Origin: Octopus sinensis
Taxonomy: Eukaryota
Direction of reading: 5' to 3'
NCBI RefSeq assembly: GCF_006345805.1
Contig: NC_042998.1
Span: 54,064,001 to 54,128,000, forward strand
Length of the DNA stretch: 64,000 bases
Both the position numbers and the translations under genes were made by a program. Shown piece by piece: positions 38,581 through 50,684 of the stretch (within the stretch, counting starts at the first letter, position 1; the number at the start of each line of letters is the position of its first letter). The notes under the pieces are model-generated. The model had not been told where the DNA came from. It searched no databases and was given only the letters and a program-made list of their open reading frames with translations.

Positions 38581-39077
38581 GTGATGTGTTCTTGCAGAAT
38601 ATTTGAAATGAATGATACTGTATAACAGCAACCATCATTTACAACTACCCTCGTTGAATAGAATATAATAATGATTCTGATTAGAGAATAATTATAACTC
38701 CCATTATTTCAGTGTTTATCACAAAGATATCAGTGATACACGCTAAGAAATACACATCTATAAATAAAGCCATCAGTTCAACTGTTTATCCAAACAAGAC
38801 AATAACAATGAAACATGATAACCATCTTACAGCTGGAACAGTATATTTTACATTGTATAAATGTAATGAGTAACTGTAGCTTCATTAGATGTTCTATTGA
38901 AGGAGATGTGGAAAATAAATAAAGTATTGTTCAATTAGGAGATACTCCAGGTGTGTCTGATAGAAGTAGTAACAAATTGTGAAGACATATCTGTGTTGGA
39001 GAGAAGGTCAGAGAGGCATAACTGAAGCAATAGAAAATGAACATATTTTCATTCTATAGGTCTCTTATGCACATATT

Positions 39078-39319
39078 TTAACCCTTTAATGGTTAAACTG
39101 GCCAAATCTGGTGAAAATATTCTACCATCTTTATTTTCAGACTGGCCTCTCACAACTACTCTGCGCAGGCGTGCCTGTGTGGTAAGAAGCTTGTTTTCCC
39201 AGCCACATGGTTCCAGGTTGACTCCCACTCTGTGACACCTTGGGTAAGTGTCTTCTACAGCTTGAGCTGACCAAAGCCTTGCAGATGGATTTGGTAGTGG
39301 GAAATTGAAAAAAGCCCAT

Positions 39320-39371
<52 letters not shown>

Positions 39372-39775
39372 AATAAGGATAAGATCGTTAATTTAACTAT
39401 CGATCTTATCAAGTGGCCAGCATGGGAATAAAACCTTCAAAGTAATAATTATTATTAAAATTATAATTTAGGGTATCTAAGAGATACCGCCATGCTGGAA
39501 ATAGCAGCCAAAACCTGACTCTAAAACCACATTAAATGTTCATACAGTATCAGGAGAGAAGACAGAAAGACAAAATAAATTAGCAAAAAATTGATGAGGC
39601 AAAGCATTTCTTATGCAGGGCCAGAAATCCAGGATCTGGAATTATCCAGTAATTTTTTGCTAGTTTATTTTGTCTTTTTGTCTTCTCTCCTAGTGCTGTA
39701 TGAATATTTAATGTAGTTTTAGAGTCACGTTTTGGTTGCTATTTCCAGCGTGGTGGTATCTCTTAGATACCCTAA

Positions 39776-39807
<32 letters not shown>

Positions 39808-40297
39808 GATGATGATGTGTGTCTTTGTGTCTGCATTTATCCTCACCACCACTTGACAACCAGTGTTGATGTATTTACATCCTTGTAGTGGTTCGGCAAA
39901 AGAGACCAATAGAATAAGTACTAGGCTTTAAAAAAATAAGTCCCGTGGTTGATTTGTTCAACTAAAACCCTTGCCCCAGCATGGCCACAGTCAAATGACT
40001 GAAACAAAAGGTAAAAGAAACAATTACATCATCAAAATCTCAAAGCTATGAGATAATGCATGATTAATTCAAAACCATGTTAATTGATAAGCATTACATT
40101 TGACAGAGTAATCTGATTGCTAAAGGATTTAACCAGCCAAATCCAGCCTCTCACACTTATCCTACAATGTCATTTTGAAAGTAAACAATGACATGATCTA
40201 AATCTCAAAGCTATGAGATAATATATGATTAAAATTCAAAACAATGTACATAAATAAACATCACATTTGACAAAGCAATTCAATTGCTAAAGGGTTA
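39078..40297. mobile_element. Nested stack: piggyBac-type MITE > SINE-A > foldback element, followed by a second partial MITE
   Basis: MITE left end TTAACCCTTT at 39078 resumes at ~40020-40131. SINE-A 39165-40020 is split by 39371-39783. The second MITE ends GCTAAAGGGTTAA at 40297. Confidence 0.75.
39371..39783. mobile_element. Foldback element 4: 133-bp inverted arms with a hammerhead-like loop
   Basis: Arms 39460-39592 and 39651-39783. Loop reads (t)TGATGA-ggc..gcat-ttctt-atgc..gcc-a-GAAA-tcc-a-gga-TC. TA repeats on both sides; ~90-bp unique tail on the left. Confidence 0.7.
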
Positions 40298-40366
40298 AAA
40301 TGTTCAATATATGCCACCACACATAATGAATATGAGGTTAAAGTGATGAATTAATGACACCATAAC

Positions 40367-40390
40367 CTTGACTGTGCTTGCTCTAATTTT
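40367..40390 (-). CDS. Candidate 24-nt microexon
   Basis: ttttttctgttcattccag|AAAATTAGAGCAAGCACAGTCAAG|gttatg. Good acceptor, weak donor. Open in phase 0 (KIRASTVK) and phase 2 (KLEQAQS). Confidence 0.3.
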
Positions 40391-40612
40391 CTGGAATGAA
40401 CAGAAAAAAATGAATTTTTTAATGAAATAAATAAATGAAAATGGTTGCATGGTAGGAAGTGAACCTGTGTGTAAAAAGCTCCTGACCTCACTTCTAACAA
40501 ATATATCTTGTCACCAATGAACCAAATCTCCCTCAAATTGAACCTTACTGACTTTGCTCAAATTGTACCTTACTGAACCTCAAATCATACCTCACCAATA
40601 CTAATGCTAACC

Positions 40613-40830
40613 TTAACCCTTTGGCATTCAAATTAATCTGTCCAAGGAAATACTTATTTATTCACATCGTTTTGAATTAATTATACATTATCTTGTAGCT
40701 TTGGAATTTTGATGATGTGGTTGTTTACTTTAAGAATAACATTGTCAGGAAGGTGCGAGAGGCTAGACCTGACTAGTTTGAACATAAAACAAGTAGAATA
40801 TTTGGGTTAGTTTAAATGCTAAAGGGTTAA
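40613..40830. mobile_element. piggyBac-type MITE, family 1
   Basis: TTAACCCTTTGGCATT ... AATGCTAAAGGGTTAA. Confidence 0.85.
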
Positions 40831-41689
40831 TAAAGCAAATGCATGTTGGGCATGGAATTTTTACTGAACCTCTGATCATGCCTTGATAATCCTAACACTA
40901 AGCTTAACAGAGTAAAATTCATGTCAGATATGGAATTTGATGGATACATTCTTCTTGCCAAAAGGACGACATAGTTACAGATGGAATTCCAGGTGAATGA
41001 ATCACTTTCTAATCATTTGACTGAGACCCCACTTTCTATAAATCAGCTCAATTACGTGGAAAGAGGGAGGGCTAAGTCTAAATAAGAATGGTTCTGCCCA
41101 TGCATGAATGGCAAAAAGATAGAATGTAATACTGTGTAAAAAATCATACACATGCAAATGAAAACAGAAAAATGAAACCAAGAATAAAATTGAATTTTGC
41201 ATATTATTATCTAAATTATCATCATAAAAAATAAATTCCTCACGAGAACTATATTAGTTAAGCTACTGTGCTACAACTATTTACTTCAAAGACATCAATT
41301 CAAACCTGACTTCTCTCTCTCTCTCTCTCAGGCATGCATACACATGCTCTCTTCACCAATATAAACGATGATGATGACATCAATGAGCCAAGATTCTACA
41401 AGCTTGTTTGACCTGTTAGAAATAGCAGACAAATCCTCAAATCACGCTTTATCATATTTTTAAAAGAAAAAAAAAATCCAAAGCAAGACTAAATGGAAGG
41501 ATAAATTGGATATTGTAGCCTGAGATAAACACTGTTTGGAAAGACAGGATGGTCATGGTGAGAATGGCTTGGATCATAGGTCTGCTTGCTGCAACTATTT
41601 TTTGGCTGAATATTTAGAATTAGTAAAAGAGATCCTAACTGTAAAATACGTAATCTTTCCATGTAAATACTTGAAGTTGGCAGTGAAGC

Positions 41690-41855
41690 ACAGGCATAGC
41701 TGTGAGGTAAGTAATTTGCTTCCCAACAACACGGTTCTGGGTTCAGTCCCATGGCGTTGCACTTTAGGCAAAATCTTCTGCTATAGCCCCAGGCCAGCCA
41801 CAACCTTGTGAGTGGATTTGGTAGATAGAAACTGAAAGAAACCTGTCATATACAT

Positions 41856-41897
<42 letters not shown>

Positions 41898-42145
41898 ATG
41901 TGTGAGTGTTACTGTCTCCTTGCCTTGATTTCATGTAAAAGTTGTAAATGAGTGTCACCAACATGCAAGCAGTGTCCTTCATTTCCAATCTTCCTTGAAA
42001 ACATCTCTGGTCCTGGAGAAATATTACTTTACTTAGAAACAGCTGAGGGTTGGCAACAAGCAGGGTTTCCAGCCATAGAAAAACGTGCCTCAGCGAACTC
42101 CATTCAACCCATATGAGCATGGAAAGATGGCTGCTAAACTAATGA
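41690..42145 (+). mobile_element. SINE-A head joined to an RTE-type tail
   Basis: Family-A head and core, (TG)n, then gagggttggcaacaagcaggg..caacccatatgagcatggaaa tail instead of the usual family-A tail. Confidence 0.7.
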
Positions 42146-42619
42146 AGAACAAATAATTAAACTCTATTTGTGTTCAATGGATTGATGGCTAATCCTTTAA
42201 CAATTAAGAAGTGTCAGTTACTCCATTAAGGCATTTGTTAGATTGCCTGCAATGTTACCATAGATGATGCAAATTTGTACATGCATAAGCATCCACATAC
42301 ACACGCACACACAAACGTGAGCCAGTTAGAGAGCCCCAGTAGTGTGACTGGATTTGCCAGAAATAGCAGCCAAATTCTCTTCTAATTATGCCATGAAAAT
42401 TCAACTTGATTGCTACCTGAAAGGATAAAAGGTAAAGTTAACCTCAACAGGATTTGAACTTGGAACATAAAAAATTCCATTAAATATTTTCTCTGATGTG
42501 CTAATGATTCTGCCAGCTGGCCACCTTAAAGTTGGCCATAAGTGAAAGACAGCCTAACATAAGGTGCTAAATTTCAATTTTCTCATTTCTCTTTCAGATA
42601 TATTGACAGCATCAACATA

Positions 42620-43230
42620 GCAGATTCTAGTCCAGTTCCACACATGAAATGAAAAGATGTACCATGTTTGTAGCTCTAGCTGTCAACAACAGAGATGTGG
42701 AGATTGTCAGCTTCTTGAAGGAAGCTGGGTACACCATGTTCAAGTTTGGGGAAAAAAAAACTTGGGATCCTATGGCTAAGTAGGTAGATATTGTCAAGTT
42801 GGCCTAATTTGCTCAGCAGGTCCGGGACTGCATCAACAACAACTCAAGCAAGACAAGGAGGGCCATCGCTGAGCAGCTCAAAGTGGTTGAGTTCACATTT
42901 GAATGTGTGGTGCATGAGGCATTCAAGAACAAGTCCTACATGTTTATAGTCAGCAAGACTCGGAAGAACCGTGTGATTTGTATGATCCACAACAACCTGT
43001 GGCATCATAGCTCATCTGATTTCAACCCTCAAGAATACTGCATCTGGGCACCACTGGGTGTGGAGTGACTGACAAGGAGCTCTATGGTATCAGGGTCTCA
43101 TTGGGAACTGCTGTCAAGAGCATGCTGAGGAGCATGGGGTTGGGGCATCTGATCCTGCTATGCAGCCATTTCTGTGGTTACAACATAGCCACCAATAGGG
43201 CTGTTGGTGGTTTTGTTAAATTACCTTTTT
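42620..43230 (+). pseudogene. Tc1/mariner transposase relic (same type as 21560-22150), internally deleted
   Basis: RAIAEQLKVVEFT..CVVHE.F.NKSY (HTH region) and NLWHHSSSDFNPQEYCIW (degenerate WPPNSPDLNPLDY.IW). Confidence 0.7.
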
Positions 43231-43632
43231 CTTTGATATATTTAGTTGAACATGTATATTGTTCTTCAAGAAAGATGTCTTTTTCTGCTTAGTGTCTTGG
43301 TTTTACTTTGTATTTTGTTTTGTTCTCATTTCCCTGAGAGATAAGCAAATGGATATGGTAGGAATACCTTTCACCATAGGTCCGTTCATTCAGGGCTGAC
43401 ACAAAGCTAAACAATACTTAAGAAACAAATAAAACCATATCTACACATGCATACATACACATGCGACTGCATTTTCCATTACTGTGACTGAAATTTAACA
43501 GTCTCTAAGCAATCTTCCACTAGCGCGCAGTGATTTCTGTGGTAATTTGTCTTCTTGGTATGTCTTTTTTATTGTTAATTTAGTAGCTTCTACTACCTTA
43601 ATTTTGCTAACCCACATAAATACATCAGGCTA

Positions 43633-44038
43633 TACTCTTTTACTTGTTTCAGTCGTTTTGACTGTGGCCATGCTGGAGCACCACTTTTAGTCGGGCAAAT
43701 CGACCCCAGGACTTATTCTCTCGGTCCCTTTTGCTGAACTGCTAAGTTATGGGGGACGTAAATACACCAGCATCGGTTGTCAAATGATGTTGGGGGGACA
43801 AACAAGGGACACACAAACATATAAACACACACCTACATACACACACACATATATATACACATACATACATATATACAATGGGTTTCTTTCAGTTTCTGTC
43901 TGCCAAATCCACTCACAAGGCTTTGGTCGACCCGAGGCTATAGTAGAAGACACTTGCCCAAAGTGCCACGTAGTGGGACTGAACCCAGAACCATGTGGTT
44001 GGTAAGCAAGCTACTTACCACACAGCCACTCCTATGCC
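43633..44038 (-). mobile_element. SINE family A, full length
   Basis: Close match to 16257-16650. Confidence 0.88.
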
Positions 44039-46757
44039 TATATTCACCTTGTCAGTCTTTCCAGACCACAGCCTAAACATAGCATCTCCCAAGGGTACTC
44101 TTTCCCAAACAATTTTCGAACCTAACAATTAACCTTAAAACATTAACATCATGAACAGAATCATCTACATATTCTGATGGCAAAAATTAGGAAATTCTAA
44201 TCAAAGCCATGAATGCTCTTTCACCTTAACTTTTGAACATCAGAGTATCAAATATACATATAAAACACTAGTCATGTTTATTGTGTCATATTTTCTAGTT
44301 TCAGTTTGTTTCAAAACTTCAAGTTCATTAAGCAGGAGCTTATCCCAGTTTCTGAGGCAATTATGTAACTGATAGTAAAAGATTCCCTTCTGAAGAGGAT
44401 ACTAGTCCCTTACAGGGTAGACTTTATAGCTGTTGCTAGAGCTTGTTTACAGCTGAGTGGACTGGAGTAGCAGTAAATGAAGTGCCTTGCCCAATGACAC
44501 AATTTGTCACCTGACGCAAACACTGAGTCCTTGACCTTACAGTTGTGAACCCAGCATCCAAAATATGAGGCCATGTGCTTTGCAAGCTAGATCAGTGCAA
44601 GCATTGCATCTTCAAAAGAAACACACTTTCTCAAGCAATTTCAGCACTTCATTTGATAACCTAAAGTTAACATTAAACATCAGCCTCATGAAGAGAACAT
44701 TATCTTGATTATCTTGATCGAGGAGATCTTAAACAAAGCCATGAATGCCCCCTCACCTCAACTTCAGCTTAATAAATACATAAAACAACGTTAACTCGGC
44801 GATTTTTGCAACAGAAATAATGGTCAAATCAGAAGACTTTTCTGATTCTTCAATTTAGCCGATCAATCTTTTCTAAAGTAGAACAGAAAAATCATAATCA
44901 CATGTAACATATGCAACTTTCCTAATTGTTATAGCTATGGCAAAGGCTTTAAAGATTTAGATCAAGAGAAAACGAGATTTAATGCTAGACAAATATAAAA
45001 TTTCATATCAATAAGCGAAGCCATTACAGGGGGAAAAAGAAATTTCTTGAAAGGTTACATAAAAACTATCACGAAAAGAGCATCAATAAAAGAGTGAGAG
45101 AAAGAGAGAGAGAGAAAGATAGTTGCATTTCAGGGGAACATCTGCCATTAGATATTCACAAACATCAAAAAAAGAACTGGTTGATCAGGTTTCTCTCATA
45201 CTATCTTGATTGGGTTGTCTCAATGTAGAGACCAATATATGAAATCACAGATTACAGTTTATTTTATGAAATGTTCTCATCTAAAAACTTACAATAGAAC
45301 ACTTTATATGTCTGGTTTATTCATTTATATTATTTTATGAATTTTATGGTCTATGTGTGGATGGATATGGTAGTGAGATGGTCGAATCCTTAGAGCATCA
45401 AGCAAAATGCTTTGTGGAAATTAGTTATGGTCCTTTACATTCTGAGCTCAAATCACGCTGGAGTTGGCTTTTTTTTTCCTCTTCTGAAAGCAATAAACTA
45501 AATAACCAGTTAAGTACATGGTTCAATACAAATAACTACACAACTGCTCCATAATTACCTCTGATCACTGAAAGACCAATCAATCAACACACTTTATAAA
45601 CACTGCTATGCTAGCATGGAAAGTGGACGTTAAACAATGATGAGGATACATATATTGATTTCAAATTTTGGCACCAGGACAACAATTTCAGGGGTAAGTC
45701 AATTACATCAACCCCTGTATTCAGCTGGTACTTATTTTATTGATCCCCAAAAGGATCAAAGACAAAGTCAACCTTAGTGGAATGTGAAACTCAGAGCATG
45801 AAGACAGATGAAATGCCCAGTGATCCAATGATTCCGTCAGTTTGCTGCTTCAAATACAAATATTAATGTGGTTGAGTATGAAGTGTACAGGTTGAATATT
45901 TAGGTAAGATAACTGCAGTGGCATTTGCATTTATAAAGAGGACAAAAAGTGATATGAATAGCTGGAGAGTGGGGTGTATTCCTCTGGTGAGGTTGATTAA
46001 AGAGGACAAAAGGTATGGAAAGATTTTAGGTCATCTTTTGTTGTTTATTTGTTTTTGGTTAGTGAACTGCAGCCATGTAGACACACTACTTTGAAAGGGT
46101 TAGGGTTAGCAAATTGAGGAGCCACTATGTGGCTGTTAGGCTTGCTAGAGACAGCAGCTGATTTGCCTATTCACAGATTTGCCTATCTAGAAAAAGGAAA
46201 GAGACAGTGGATGATTAATTATGCCTGAGATTGGAATACTTTTGATGATATGACTTTTTGATAGATGACCTAGAGTTAAACAGCAACATTAGTGCAAGTT
46301 TTGTCAAGGTAGAATATTTGAGGATTAAAATCACCTTAATTTCATTAGATTTATTCCTACCAGAGATTTCCATTTTGCAAAATCTTGAAATAAGATTAAA
46401 AGTGAGTTTGTTGGGTTTTTTTTTTTGTTTTTGTTTTTCTTTGTTTCAGAAACTTTTGAAATTATAGGAAAATAAGGTGATTTTGAAGAATATAAAAATA
46501 TTTGTTAGGTTTCAAATGCAGTATTCTTTAAATTTGTACAAGAACTTTAAAGTAAAAATCTGCATCTCACTAAGTGATACTGAATAAGAGATATAAGAAA
46601 ATAAAAATCTGCTACAAGACAATGAAATAAAAAAAGACTAGATATCTAATGAAACTACTGACAAAAGGCAATTTTGACAACAACCAAATGTCTCCCTTTA
46701 AAAAAAGATCATGAGATTTAATAGCAAAAGTTTTAATAAACTGTGGATTTTACTTAC

Positions 46758-46768
46758 TTTTCTAAAAC
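46758..46768 (-). CDS. Candidate 11-nt microexon
   Basis: gtttaatggttcactcttttgttcag|GTTTTAGAAAA|gtaagt: consensus donor, pyrimidine-rich acceptor, unique flanks. Confidence 0.35.
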
Positions 46769-47159
46769 CTGAACAAAAGAGTGAACCATTAAACAAACTT
46801 GTTTACTTAAGAGCAGTTTTATGATATTCTCTGTTGTATGGAATAAAAACGGAACACTTTTAATGAACTGGAAATTACTAGTAAAAGATTTTAACTATAT
46901 TTCTATACAGTGCTACGTGAAAGCCTGAGAAATGGAGATAATGGTTTTGATTTCTTTTGACTATTATATGGAACAAGTTGTGTTGAGAAATACGTGTATT
47001 TTAGTTAAATAGATTTCACTTTATTTTATCCACCCCATTTAAATGAAAAGCAAGAGGTTACTAGTGAAGTCAGAACACTGAATAGATAAAATGCTTTTGA
47101 AAGTAGGACACTATCTTCAGTAACAATTTTCATTTTAGTCTTATTTATATAATACATAT

Positions 47160-47373
47160 TGATTTCAAAGTTTGGAACAAAGCCAACAATTTGTAGGTGA
47201 GGGGGTAAGTCAATTACATCACCCCCAACACTCAACTAGTATTTATTTTATAGAGCCTGAAAGGATGAAAGACAAAGTGGACCTCAGCAGAATTTGAACT
47301 CAGAACATGAAGACAGATGAAATATCATCGAGCATTTTGCTCAGTGAGCTAATCATTGTGCCAGTTCGCTGCC
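47160..47373 (-). mobile_element. SINE family B
   Basis: aaggatgaaagacaaagtggacctcagcagaatttgaactcagaac. Confidence 0.78.
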
Positions 47374-47602
47374 TTAACCCTTTAGTGTTTGCATTATTCT
47401 GCCAAAATTAATGCTTTTTTATCCACATTGTTTTGAACTAATCATGCATTATCTTGTAGCTATGAGATTTTGATGAGGTAGCTGTTAATTTTTTAAACAA
47501 TATTGTAGGGTTGGTGTGAGAGACCAGATCTGGCCAGTATGAACATAAAACAGGTAGAATATTTTTGGCCGGATATGGCCGGTTTAAATGCTAAAGGGTT
47601 AA
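47374..47602. mobile_element. piggyBac-type MITE, family 1
   Basis: TTAACCCTTTAG ... CTAAAGGGTTAA. Confidence 0.87.
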
Positions 47603-47639
47603 TGCATATAAACATATTAACAAGGGGAAAAAATTGCAA

Positions 47640-47850
47640 GATGAGTCCTTGAAGCTGAACCAGCTAGCAGGAGACCTAAGGGTAAATCAAGAGCAAGATA
47701 GTTGGATGATATTCATTCCGGTTGGTCATGTTTAGGAAAGCAGCCAGAGAGTCTAATGACAGTTGCTTCTGATAGGATCCTATGGAGGAGGCACCTGAGA
47801 ACTCTACTCCCATGGCCCTCTGAGGAACAGTGGGCAGAGAAAATGGATGT
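47640..47850 (+). pseudogene. 3' end of an Expander/Rex3-like RTE LINE
   Basis: VLEAEPASRRPKGKSRAR*LDDI..GWSCLGKQPESLMTVASDRILWRRHLRTLLP, then an aaatggatg tail. Confidence 0.65.
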
Positions 47851-48465
47851 TAACATAAGGTTATGAACATTTGTTGTCATTCAAGCTTCAAGTCAGCCCT
47901 GATTGAGCAAACCTATGATCAAAGATATTCCAATGATGACCACCCTCTCTTTGTGTAGCCAATGTGTCCTTTTAAGACAGCAGCATATGAATTTCAATTG
48001 GAAGCTGCTGTTATGGTCACAGCTCAAAACTAGAATCAATAGGAAAAAAAAGAAAATTAACAAGAAGCAGTTGATTAAATAACGTTGAGTACATGTATAT
48101 TTATTAGGTATTTATTTCATTAACCCCAGAAGTAAAGATGTGAGGCTTAATGATTAGGGTGTTGCACTCATGATTCTAAGCTTATGGTTTCAATTCCTGG
48201 GCTAGGTAATGCATTGTGTTCTTTAGCAAAACGCTTCATTTCACATTGCTCCAGCCTACCCAGGGTATAATATATATGCTACAGAATCCAGGAAACTGGC
48301 CTTGTGAACTTATGACTTGGGAGGGACCTTTGATCTTTTTATTCAAAAGAAATGAAAGTTAATGTCAAGATCCTGTTAGAATTTGAAATGAGGATAGAAA
48401 AGGTTGTAACTAAACACTTTAAAGAGTTTCCTTTGGTACACTTCTGCTTCTAGCTATTCATTACT

Positions 48466-48689
48466 TTAACCCTTTAGCATTCTGATTAATCTGTCAAATG
48501 TAAGGCTCATTTATTCACCTTGTTTTAAATTTATCCTGCATTATCTTGAATCCTTAAAATTTCAATGATGTGATTGTTTATGCTTAAAATGACATTTTAG
48601 AGTAGATATGAGAAGCTACATCTGGCCAGTTTTAACATAAAGTAGAATATTTTAGCCGGATACAGCCTGTTTAAATGCTAAATGGTTAA
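48466..48689. mobile_element. piggyBac-type MITE, family 1
   Basis: TTAACCCTTTAGCATT ... AATGCTAAATGGTTAA. Confidence 0.83.
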
Positions 48690-49127
48690 ACCATATAAAA
48701 CAATGTTCTTTAAAATTGATGTGTGGACACACATTTTGAGGGAATGGTACAGTCAATGGACTCCCTCCTCCACCTAATACTTATCTATTGATTTTGGAAA
48801 GATGAAGAACAAAGCTGAATCCTGGCAAGATTTGAAATTAGGATGTAACAAAATAAGATGATAGTTTATCCAGTAATCCAGTATGCTACCATTTCTGTTG
48901 ATTTTCCCCGTTATTAACATTGAATGGATAGTAAATGTTATTTTATCAACATTTCACACTTTCAGTTGAAAATGAAATTGAAAGTAATTCATTTATTCAA
49001 GCCTCAAAAAAGTTAAGTCATATTTCCTTTCAAGTGTATTGCATTACATAGAGATGAAAAGGGGACAGCAGTATTTTTACACCAAATATATATATTATGT
49101 ATATATACATATATACATAGCATATAT

Positions 49128-49525
49128 ATGCATGTGGCCGTGTGGTAAGAAGCTTACTTCCCAACTACATGGTTCTAGGTTCCATCTCACTGCATTTTAC
49201 CTTGGGCAAGTGTCTTCTTCTAAAGCCTCGGGTCAACCAAAGACTTGTGAGTGGATTTGTTAGACAGAAACTGAAAGAAGCCCATTGTATATATGTATAC
49301 CTCTGTGTGTGTGTCTTTGTGTCTGTGTTTGTCCCTGCCCCACCACTGCTTGACAACTGGTGTTGGTGTGTTTATGTCCTTGTAATGTAGCAGTTCAGCA
49401 GAGGAGACAGATAGAATAAGTACCAGGCTGTAAAAAAATAAGTACCGGGATTGGTGCATTTGACTAGAAATTCTTCAAGGTGGTATCCAGCATGGCCATA
49501 GTCTAATGACTGAAACAAGTAAAAC
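49128..49525 (+). mobile_element. SINE family A
   Basis: Head, core and tail as at 6863. Confidence 0.85.
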
Positions 49526-49529
49526 ATGA

Positions 49530-50577
49530 AAGATTGTTGGATCCGGTGATGAAAGTCACAGAGAGGGTCATAGCCCAACTAATTAGGGAGAGAGTTAGTT
49601 TAGATGAGATGGAGTTTGGGTCTGTGCCAGGGAGAAGCCACACTGATGCTATATTTCTGGTAAAACAACTGCAGGAGAAATTCCTAACCAAAGATAAACC
49701 TTTGTACTTGGCTTTCGTTGACATGGAGAAAACCTTTGACAGGGTCCCCCAATCCCTTATCTGGTGATCAATGTGGAAATTAGGAATGGATGAGTGAATG
49801 GTGAGAGCTGTACAAACCATGTACCAGGATGACGTCAGTAAGGTGAGGGTTGGCAATGAGTATAGTAAAGAATTCCGGGTAGCAGTAGGAGTTCACCAGA
49901 GATCAGTCCTCAGCCCCATCTCATTCATCATAGTCTTCTAGGAATTCAAGACAAGCTGCCTCTGGGAGCTCCTCTATGCTGATGACCTTGCTCTAATAGC
50001 TAAGTGGCTACCAGAACTAGAGAAGTTTCAGGTGTGAAAGCAAGGTCTAGAATCGAAGGGCCTTAGAGTTAATCTAACAAAAACCAGTCTTAGTAAGTAG
50101 GAAGACAGACAAATCACAAGTCCCTTCAGGTAGATGGCCATGCTTTATCTGTAGAAAAGGTGTAGGTAGAAACTCTAGACGATATACCTGATATAAGCTA
50201 TGGACACATAAAAGGTGCAGCAATATCAAAGGAAGGTTAACTGGGAGGATAGTTTTTGTGTGTGGCGGTAGATGCACAGGGACAATAAACACCAAAGATG
50301 CACTGAAAACAGATTCCATCACATGCCAGAGGGAAAAACTAGAAGTAGTTAGTAGCTTCCATTATCAAGGTGATGCTTCTTATGTCCAACTTTTCTCTCA
50401 GAGTGCTTACACTCTGTCATGTATGTACACTGACATTACACATCCAGTGGAGCATACTAGCTTCATATGGTGTGCAAGAGAGACGACTGCACTGGTATGA
50501 TCATGTGTTGCATATGGATGAGGACATATCACACCCTAACAGTGGAGGGAACCTGTGGAAGAGGTAAACCCAGGAAG
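49530..50577 (+). pseudogene. RTE-clade LINE ORF2 fragment (same family as 8770-9870)
   Basis: MEFGSVPGRSHTDAIFLVKQLQEK, DMEKTFDRVP, GVHQRSVLSP, LLYADDL, Cys/His-rich segment, RRLHWYDHV, GRGKPRK. Confidence 0.92.
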
Positions 50578-50684
50578 TACCAGTGAAACACTGGGGTTGA
50601 TGTAGTCAACTAATCCCCTCCCACCAAATTTCAGGCCTTGTGTCTTTAGTAGAAATAGTTATTATTATTATAAACATCAGTTTT

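Noticed and set aside
40600-40622. ctaaccttaaccct telomere-like string
   Set aside because: It arises from the MITE end TTAACCCT joined to flanking sequence; there is no TTAGGG array.
33124-46768. Naming the host gene (loose resemblance of the peptides to BK-channel or CaMKII linker inserts)
   Set aside because: The peptides are too short and the similarity is only impressionistic; no conserved-domain exon is present in the window.
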